Assembly (NCBI GenBank): GCA_002633005.1
Contig: NMRA01000231.1
Span: forward strand, 438,082-502,081
DNA from: Phoronis australis
Lineage: Eukaryota; Animalia; Phoronida
Reading direction: 5' to 3'
DNA: 64,000 nt
The notes under the pieces are model-generated. The model saw nothing but the letters and a program-made list of their open reading frames with translations, did not search any database and was not told the origin of the DNA. Numbering within the stretch: position 1 is the first letter of the stretch; the number at the start of each line of letters is the position of its first letter. The translations under genes and the position numbers were made by a program. This document shows positions 54,777 through 64,000 of the stretch, piece by piece.

Positions 54777-55475
54777 CCACAATCGCGAGTCCTTTACTCA
54801 ACTGAGCCAGTTTTTGAGCAAATGATATCATATCATCTTCATCCAGCTCTTCGTCATCCACCAACTCTTCCAGGCCACCAATATAAGTGTCTAGTTTCTC
54901 TCCGAGTTTCCCCAGCTGCTTGCTTTCCGCGCTACCTTCGTCTTCTGAGTACAAATCAATGTTCTTTTGAATTTCTTTCAGTCTATATACCATTTTTCCT
55001 ACATTACCTATATTTTCATCCGGTTTTTCTGACATTACCTTTAAAAGTCGTCCCAGCTCTGCAAGGCCCTTGGCACTGGTGTTCGCATCTTCACCTTTCG
55101 ACACCGGGTGAGATAACAACTTCTCTTCTACGACTTTTCTTGTTTGTGCCAACTCAGCTACTCGTTTACCGTGATCATCCAATGTATTCGAAAGTTGCAC
55201 TAGCTTTTCACCTTCGGAACCACTGCATTGCTTACCCAGTTGTTGCAAGTCGAGATTTAGTCGCTGAATCTTTTTTCCTATGTTTTCCTTCTCTTCTAGA
55301 TTTCCAGGCTTCATAGCAATAACCCTCAATTCACCCTCTAGCTCACCCAGTTGTTCTGCTAACGATTCGACTGCATCTGCGTGGTCACCGCCTTCAGATG
55401 CCACATTCTGTAACACTTTACGCATTTCCATAAGTTTTTTTGTTATTGTCAGAGTTTCTTCAGCCTGTTCGTTAT
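54777..55475 (-). CDS. Internal exon (233 codons, phase 1-1) of the helical-repeat protein gene
   Basis: tttttag|AT acceptor, G|gtaagt donor; open frame with GGDH, GSEGEKL and GSAESKQL repeats. Confidence 0.85.
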
Positions 55476-55520
55476 CTAAAAACAAAATCATCGTCGTGTA
55501 TTTATATTCGACCGCGACTG

Positions 55521-55971
55521 TGTCATATTTGAGCAGACAGAACAGGAGCAGTTCCAAAATAAATACTTAGTCATTGTTTGGGACAATCAGTTAAGCAGTT
55601 CAGCAGTGGGAATAAAGAAGTTAACAGTTAAACAGTTGAGAGTATTACAGTTGAGTTTGAAGTGAAGACAACCAGCAGTCACAGCGACAGGAGCCACCTA
55701 CAGTATAGAGACAACAGGTTATTTGAATCAGCGAGTGTTGTAATTGCTGGAAGTGTCTCAGAAGTTCATCAAAAGTCCAGGCTTCGCAGCACCGGCTTGA
55801 GCATAAAACAAACATTAGGTAGGACGTGTTGTTTGAGTAGGCTTGTGAATGTACGGTCGAGATTATTAAAATGATTAGCTCGAACCAGTCTTCAGTCTAT
55901 TGTCGCACCGAAACCTACTTGAACCAGTTGGCAACCACCTGCTCCCACCCACACACCGGGGAAAACGTGAC
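55521..55971 (+). mobile_element. Possible solo LTR
   Basis: TGTCA...TGACA ends, CAGTT-rich interior, ATTAAA near the 3' end; no TSD seen. Confidence 0.3.
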
Positions 55972-57253
55972 AAATATCCGTCCAACGGATTACCACGTAT
56001 AAAAACGCGGTGGCTATCAAAACGAGCATGTGGCGAAGTTGAGTTGTGTTTGTTAAGGAACACGAAATCCAGCACAGGGGATTCATTTTAAATAAGAGAC
56101 TCACTCAAAGAAACGATGCAACCTACAATCAATTCTTGGAACCCTAAGCTAACAAACGCTCCATTCTCAAGAAGTGCTCTCGGCACTGATGAATAGAGGG
56201 AACTATCTACATTGGCATGACTCCTTCAAACTCCACACTAAGAATACAGGGAAGCACCATGTTATTGCATGTATATGAAATATAGTTTACATGGATGTTA
56301 ATTTTCATATGAATGTGCATTTTCGACTATTTTAGATATGCACTGTATTTAGACAATGCAAACGTCGTGAGAATTTATGAAACATAAATCAAACCACTAA
56401 CATCATGAAACTGAACAAGACACATTCCTCATGTACACTGTACATATATATGCGCACGAATGGGTGCAAACTGTATTAATAAGACAATGGCTGTAAATTT
56501 TTGGCGCAGATAAGTCCCTTAAGAAACACTACAAGCACATGACACTAACAACGAGAATAATTATGATGGTAGGGTTACACCTAACTTCGAGTACAAAAAG
56601 AGACCGACAGATGACTCCACTACCACTAACCAGAAAGGGCTCAATGAAGAAAGAACGTTTTGCATTCCAAAAAAGTGTTTTCCTCAACTGGTGAATATGT
56701 ATGCCCTGAAAAAGCTGTGCTTTACAAGTTTTAACTACTTCTTGAATAATAAGTCCATGTTTCAAGTACAGTTTGACGCCTGATGCTGCAAATCTCCACC
56801 CCCGTGCAACAATGTCCTCGCCAGTGCCGTCCACACATGAATGAAGCATGAAGTGATTGACAAGCAACGACAGAGGGCGAACCCAGCGCTTAATCACGTC
56901 CGTGAGATATGGACGAAATGGCAATACACCAAATCAAGGTACGTTTTTTTTGGTTAAAATAGGGTACGCATTACTTCCAATAAATACATTGGCAATTGAC
57001 TTAGGAACAAGGTTCTTCGTGGTTTAAATTCCCGTACACTGTATGTTGGATAAAAAGGGATAAAGTTTCAAAATCAAATGAATTGCATTGCTAATTAATT
57101 TCTAAAGATAAATTGACTTTGTACTTCATTGAATATTCTTACTTTCCTGTAGCAGTGCGCAATACAATTTCGTTCTCCAAAACTGAATTGTTTGTGTGCC
57201 ATTCTAGTGCATATGGAGACGTAGTGCGTGACCCTCCCACTTCCAAAACAAGG

Positions 57254-58885
57254 TGTGTCAGAATAAGTATTTATTAAAATAATTAGTAATAATAGATCCA
57301 ATTGAATTTGCCCAGATTTTGTGCATGTGCACTTTTAAATCACGGGGTCATTTCTATTTTTATATGTACTTTGGGTGTGCGTTCAAAGCACTCTGGAGAT
57401 TCTAGAAACTTCTGAGAGTAAATCGTAACAGCCGATGGTACATGTATGATTAGATAAGATTATTTGGTTTTTATCAGTCAATCGTTAAGTAAATAGAATA
57501 TTATAATATGGGCTGAAATTAACAGGATATTCAGATGAGCTACAGTAGTTGAAGCTAAAAGATTTGATACAGTGTATAACGAAAATTCTACAACAGAGCC
57601 ATCTCGTGTTAGATTCTAAAGAGGATCCTGGCAAGGGCAAGAGATACTTGCATTGTGGCTATTAAGATACTGCCAGTACGTGTTGCGGCACCAGGGGCTG
57701 TGATCAGCGAGAGGAATTGTACATGTAGGTAGAAGATACTGCCTGGAAGTGTTGTGTCACCAGAGACTGTGACCTGCAAGCACACTGTCACAATACAATG
57801 TGTAGTTTGAGGATTCACCAACAGGACTGCCTTCCAGCAAGTGGAGAGTCATACAGCTTAGATAACAGATAAGACATTTAATTATTTTGGTTGATTGATT
57901 GAAGTAATCTTTAAAGAAACGATGGGGTAGTTGCTATTCTGTGTACTTGTACATGTAGATGATTACTAATTAAAAACAGGTTTCGCTTGTTGTCAGATGA
58001 TTGACTGTGGGTTTATTTAAAAGGTAGATATGGTTTGAGATTGTGCGTAGACGGGGAGTGAATAATCAAATCCAGTAATTAATTTATTATATGATAACCC
58101 CTAATTAGTCAAATGAAACCTATCGTTAATTAAGTAATCAACTACAAAGAGTAACTACGCTAGCGCCCTTTTTAAAGATTACTTTAATCAAACAACCAAA
58201 ACAATCAAATGTGTTATCTGCTATCCAAGCTAGGACTCTCCACTTGTTGGATGTCTGTCCTGTTGGTGAATCTTCGAACTACACACAATGTATAGCGACA
58301 GTGTACTTGCTGGTCACCGTCTCTGGTGATGCAACACTTGCAGGCAATTTCTTCTACCCGCGATTGTTCTTGCTAGTCACAGTCTCTGGCTGATGACGCA
58401 ACACTTCAGGTAGTATCTTACTACCCACAATGCAAGTGACAAGCTCTTAGTTAACTTCCAGTTCGTTAACCCTCGCCCTTCCCAAGATCCTTTCTAGAAT
58501 CTTCCACGAGATGGTTCTGTCGTATAATTTCCTCTGTACACTGTAGCAAGTCTTCGTGCTTCAACTACTATAGCGCATCTAATTATCTTGTTGATTTCAG
58601 CCCATAATATAACACTCTACTTATTTAGTGATTGGCTAATAAAAACCACATGATCATATCCACTCGTATTATTGGCTGTTACAATTTGTTCTCGGAATAT
58701 TCTAGAATCTAGTACTTTGACCCCGGAACCCAAAGTCGTAAACACCATCTAAAAATAGATTTTGACGTTAAAATACATGTCAACAAGTCTGACCCCATGA
58801 TTTAAAAGTACATATGCGCAAATTTTGGGCAACTTAAAATGGACCTATTCTTGCTATTTACTTAATCAATATTTATTCTGACACT
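57254..58885. repeat. Pair of ~730-bp diverged inverted repeats (57254-57980 and 58120-58885)
   Basis: GTGTCAGAATAA...GGGGTCA vs TGACCCC...TTATTCTGACAC; GAAGTAATCTTTAAAG vs TTTAAAGATTACTT. A partial third copy is at 54390-54510. Confidence 0.85.
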
Positions 58886-59399
58886 TGTCTAATTAGTGGA
58901 CTTCATGTAATGAATTAATTACTTGATTTAATTGTTCCTTCACCATCTGCACTAAATCTCAAAGCATAACTACTTTTTAAAAAAACCCACAGTCAATTTC
59001 TGACAAGATGTACATGTAACTATACGGTAGGTTCGGGTGCAGAATCTAATTTTTCTACGGGAGCTGAAATTGAACTCCCAGCGCCGGTACATTTTTGGGA
59101 CATCCTGTTCATCCTGTGTCGGACTACCAGTTTAATACAAGGTTTTTTAAACCCCAAACATAGTGTGGGTATGACCCGAGAATCGGAACTTAGCCTTAAA
59201 TATTTCTCAAGGCATGACCCTAATGAACAAATGTTTCTCCAAAGTGAATCATACTAAAACGAATCAGCAGAGACAGATATGTGACAGGTCCGCCGCCTGC
59301 CTCAAGAGAATCATTGGCGGGTTGACCACGGGCTAGCATAAGTTATCCAATTTGTGCTAATACGCCTTCAATTGTCGAGAGCTTGTACATTTGAAGCAC

Positions 59400-62052
59400 G
59401 CAGTCCAGGTCCCAGTCCTATTGTCTCATTCTCACTCTCTGTTAGTGCTTGTTTATCATGGTTACATGTGTATTCAAGTTCTGATGGTTCTTTTAATGGG
59501 TTTTCCCTCCGCATATGGCGGACGTTAAAGTCGGCACAAACTCCTGATCTCCGGAAAATTGGTAGGTGGTGGTGGTGATAGGAGAGCGGGTTAACTACTT
59601 GGCGGCATACATGTAGACTTGATTTGTGAAACTGTAACATTTTTACCGTCTCACGAGTATGTTAGATAGTATCCTGCTTGAACGGAGGCCCATTGATAAG
59701 AAACACAAAATACCATGATAAAGAGATTGACATCATTGTGTGTTCCTCAAATAAGCGATCTTCTTTCACATACGTCTAAATGTGAGAAGGATTTCAAAAA
59801 ACCGGGAAAGACCAAATCATCGGGCCTTCTCTCGGTGAGTGATGATCGTCCCTTAAGAAGTTACGGAATCGAAAAAATACGCGTTGCCTCATGAGTGGCA
59901 TTAAAGACATACTCCAAGGGTTCACAATATAGAGGTAATTTTGCATTCCATGGAACTGTCTTCGTGAATTTAAAATCTAGTCAACTAATAATTCCTCTGT
60001 CTTTTCAAAATACACGAATAAATACTTAGTGCACATTTCAAATGAATTTAGACGGGGCTGTAAAAATGGAACCTCTAACAACAACGCCCTGGCGAGAGCC
60101 CTTAAAGAGTAAATCAAGCATCTATAGTTGAGAAATGTTCTCTTGAATTTTCTCTCCACAATATTTCGCTGTCTTCTTTTCTCAACTGACCCTGACATCA
60201 CGTCTATGCCAGTTGCCATGGTTTAACCGGGGCACCTGCAAATTATTTGGCGTGTGACCCATCATGGACATCATTGTTCAAAACGATTCGAGTTGTTCAC
60301 AGTGTAAATAAATTATGCCAAATTTCGTTTGTAAAAGTAACTAACTCTTCGTTAGGATTGCATTAAAAAGTTTAGTTATCTTTACGTTGATCACGATTCG
60401 AAGAGTTAATTTTCGTATGTCGGTTAAGCTGTTGGAAGCGCCAGCAAATGGATTAGTGTCCGAAAGACCCCTACTTCTGCGTAGGATGTAACTCCACAAT
60501 TCCTTATCGAAATCCTGTTAAGTCCAGGCCCAAACACCAGGTTCATCAAATGATATTTACTTAAAAAGGCCCGTCCAAATTTGCATCCGAATACTGTCGA
60601 AATCGGTTTATTTTTTAGAAATGCTGTAGGATTGCAAACTTTACTACACCAGTTGGTTATAATCAAATTACACCTGGATTGCTGGACAATAGTAACAAAG
60701 TTAAAATCCTAGAGCCACGGAAGTATAACGTCTCCTTCAAGTGAAAGATGGCACTGTTCGAAGATTAGTGGAACCGCCATCAATTGCTTTCTCACGAGAT
60801 CTCGCCTTGTTACCGACCTCACGTGAACTCTCATCCCAAACAGACGGCACTTGAACCGAGATCCAGCTTGTTTGTTAAGTGAGGGAATTTTCTCCAATTC
60901 ACTCAATTCGTAGACAACGTAATGGTGTTGAAAACTTAACTTTCCTACTTAATATTAGACATTTGATTCGCCGTGCTAATTTAATAACTAAGGAACAACC
61001 GCACCACACTGGGCACTGACCCAAACGTGACAGAAAATTAGGACAATAGTAAAGGTACACGAACACCAAAAACTTCCAACGATAAGCTAGCTCAATTAAT
61101 GATTTAAGACTCAGCAACAGGCGTCTTGTAGAAGTGAATGGCTAGATGAGAACGTATGCCAGAAACAAACGTGAGTTGTCAACGCAAGGAGTTACATCAG
61201 CTAGATGTATTAGTTTTTGCACCTGCGCTTACATACATGTATCATAACTGAACAGATGAACAAGTTAGATTGATGGAGAGAGCGACAGAACGTGACTCTT
61301 AAATTTACCCTAGTTTTCGTAACCACAAACTTGACTTCATATGAGCCATGTCATCCCACTTATGGTATTTAATTATTTTTCAAAAAAGATGAATCTAATG
61401 AGTACCATAAAATATGCTCGGTTACCAATTGGATCACGAATGTTCAGTCCGAGTGTCAATCATGAGACTTTGCATCTAACGGTGCGCTCGTTGCCATCGC
61501 AAATACAACATTCGCGACACTGAAGCCCAGATTCCATCATTCAAATCCCAGAGCGACGGTACAAACCCCCTACAAATGCCCTTCATTTTCAATGCACCCG
61601 CAAGATTTCCCCCAATCCAGTGAGCCGACTCCTTAGACGAAAACCAAATTGATCAAAATGAGGCAAGAAGGTGGGAATCCCATTATTAAAGAAATTGTAG
61701 ATCCGAGAAAACTTGAGTGAATTCATATGTCTTCAAGAGGAGTCATCGTATTTACATGTACACGCGAAGTACATTCTAGGACCTCAATAAGCCAGTACTC
61801 AGAAAATATATGTAATTTTGGACTCGTAGGATATTTTCATATTTGCACCTACATGTATAACGAAAACAAATTCAGGGTAGTAATACACGTTGTTTGGCTT
61901 TCCAACGCACGCAAAATTGGGCTCCAAAAGATGTCTGATAAAAAAGAAAACTGAGTATACATGTAAGGGTCTGCATTTTTAATGAAATCTGAAGTAGGAC
62001 TATTCAAGGAATTATCAACCACGATACATTCACCTAATTCATGGCAAACCAC
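59400..62052 (-). pseudogene. Endogenous viral element: decayed L (RdRp) gene of a negative-strand RNA virus (Mononegavirales/Jingchuvirales-like)
   Basis: Collinear degenerate motifs: DNSLNSP (~62010), NFLSRLGQCP, RLFGM...ILPWL (pre-motif A), TNWCS...KPISTVFG.KFG (motif A), SGSVEKRRQ (motif B), LA-QG-VVV (motif C, catalytic residues missing), NPLS...PPPTN. Confidence 0.65.
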
Positions 62053-62291
62053 ATCATTTCATGGCTCGACTGAAAAGTTTCTCGTTTGCGCCTCACTCAG
62101 GTGCACGGGGGGGGGGGTGGAAATGTTTGTCGTGAACCTTTGGAGAAGAGAACCATTTGGAGACGTGAACTGTAGTGCCGAACGTATAGTGAAGGGACGA
62201 AGTAGTAACTTCAAATAAACGCGTTGACTTGGAGAATAACTCGTTAAATGGTTTAAGCTATAACACGAGCTTCCATCAGGTTAACAGTGAA

Positions 62292-62570
62292 TCAATGTAA
62301 CTCGCCTTCCACGTCCAGGTTCACGTCCTGTCCTCCCATCTTACATGTACGTCGCACAATGTAAGCCCCAGCAAGTAGCAGCAAGACACCAACTATCGCC
62401 CCAACGGCAATCCACATTGTGGCTCCTCCCTTGTCACCAGACACTTTACCTACAACGGAATTCGATATAGGTCGAAGACTTTGTTCGTAGAAATGCAACC
62501 AATTACTTAATGAGCAATAGTCTAATTGAAATGCGGCGTTAATATGGTTGGAAACGTTAGCCATGGTCAT
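62292..62570 (-). pseudogene. C-terminal membrane anchor and short tail, putative viral glycoprotein remnant upstream of L
   Basis: MWIAVGAIVGVLLLLAGAYIV followed by RRTCK and a stop ~240 bp upstream of the L-like start, on the same strand. Confidence 0.45.
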
Positions 62571-64000
62571 TTTTATTTCGCAATTTGGGGTTTACCAACC
62601 ACAATAAAAACATGAAGCGTTTTCTGAAATCGTTTTGATGTTCTTGTTCGTATCGGAATAGAATTTTGCCACCAATAAATATTGCGGGACAGGTTTTTAA
62701 GAGTAGGAGACTATATTTCCCTTTTTAGCCAACCAAACAGGAAGGTTTATCTTTGAAAAAGTATTTGAGCTAATTAACTCAAGTTTTCAAGAATGGTACA
62801 CTTCCAGAATCTCACCAGCCTCGTGACAGACGATCATCAAGCAGCTAATGTGTTCCTTCTCAGCACCATCGTGTACGGAGAACCAAAAGGCCAAAAATTC
62901 AAGACACGTATGCTTTATGCAAGGTTTAAAACAGGCCAAACCGAGACCGTAGAATCAAAATGAAACAGATACATCAAATCCAGAATTTCCACTTATACCT
63001 GAGTCAAAAACAGTCCAAGACATTTTGTTCACTCTGGAAAAAAAGGAAACAACTCAAAACCAACATTCATAGCACCAGGACGGAAAATCTTATCACGTCA
63101 GGACGGAAAACCTTTAATGTCAGAAAATTTTCATGTCCGGGGACCACGCGAACCTCCACAATCATTGACCTACACATTTACCAAAGTGATAACGTCCCTA
63201 CGGGTACACAAGTTATTGTATGAAGCGCCAAAGAGTTCTCAAACGAATACCTTACTGTAAGTAGAAATGTGCTTAGTTTTGCTTAATCAAGCTTAATTTT
63301 AGTTCTACCCTTCTGTACTTATTCAACCCCCTTTTTTCTTAATCAAAGTGTAGTTCTAATTAACCAACGCGTACTACTTCAGTCAATTCATATAGTCCAA
63401 TCACGCCCGCGCTCTTAAACCTCAAAATCGCGGAAAATTTTCTACATGGGTGCAAGGCAACATTTGAAGAATGTTGCAAATTCTTATCAAGTGACCGTGT
63501 AAATGGTGGCGCCGTTAACTTTGTTAGGATTGGGTATGCTTCAAACTACAATTTATTAATATTCAAGAACTTGTCTTCGATTGGACGTAATGAAAAAGTA
63601 AAACGACGCCTTGATTAAGCAAAAGTACGCGTTGAATAAGAGCCGAACGATGATCGTAAAAAAGTGCGCGTTGATAGAGCAAAACTGTATTGTGGGGTTT
63701 TAAAGATTGTCACAAACTTATCTCCATTTATTATATGACCATTTTACATGATTCATCTTATCTCACTCAGTTCGAAACGTTACTCCATGCGACCAAATAT
63801 CAAAAAATCGGGCTATTGGTGATCTTATGACTCGTAAATAATCACCGCTTTTTACTGTGTTTTCTTCTTCGACAACATTGCACGCGCGGCATCCTACAAT
63901 ATAAGCGGCACCCAGCCTCGACTCCATGTTTCAAAATGGCGCTGATGTGCTAAGCAATTTGAGGCTTGGTTATGGGAAATGAAATTCGTCAGAATTCTGA

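Noticed and set aside
54732-55316. 194-aa plus-strand ORF and similar antisense ORFs at 34.6, 47.3-47.8 and 49.0 kb
   Set aside because: Shadows of the real minus-strand exons.

Overview
AT-rich, repeat-dense eukaryotic genomic DNA, most likely a marine invertebrate (inferred from the TE repertoire and the strong TACATGTA excess). I find no prokaryotic operons, rRNA or CRISPR. One host gene is supported: a minus-strand gene with four visible exons (55475-54777, 49342-48986, 47796-47428, 35136-33902), all joined in phase 1. It encodes about six copies of a ~110-120 aa helical repeat with a conserved GG(E/S)EG turn; its 5' exons were not found. The rest is nested, decayed mobile DNA: Kolobok-like elements, a P-like THAP element with a 7-bp TSD, hAT-like MITEs with 5-bp TSDs, a CR1/L2 LINE, an L1/Tx1 LINE, a Tc1/mariner element, a Harbinger MITE and tRNA-derived SINE heads. 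The L1 carries two nested inserts, a Polinton/Maverick end and an intronless ubiquitin-specific-protease fragment. The most notable signal is at about 59.4-62.6 kb on the minus strand: a decayed endogenous negative-strand RNA virus fragment, with a glycoprotein-like TM tail followed by collinear L-polymerase motifs. All family assignments come from motif recognition by eye and need database confirmation.
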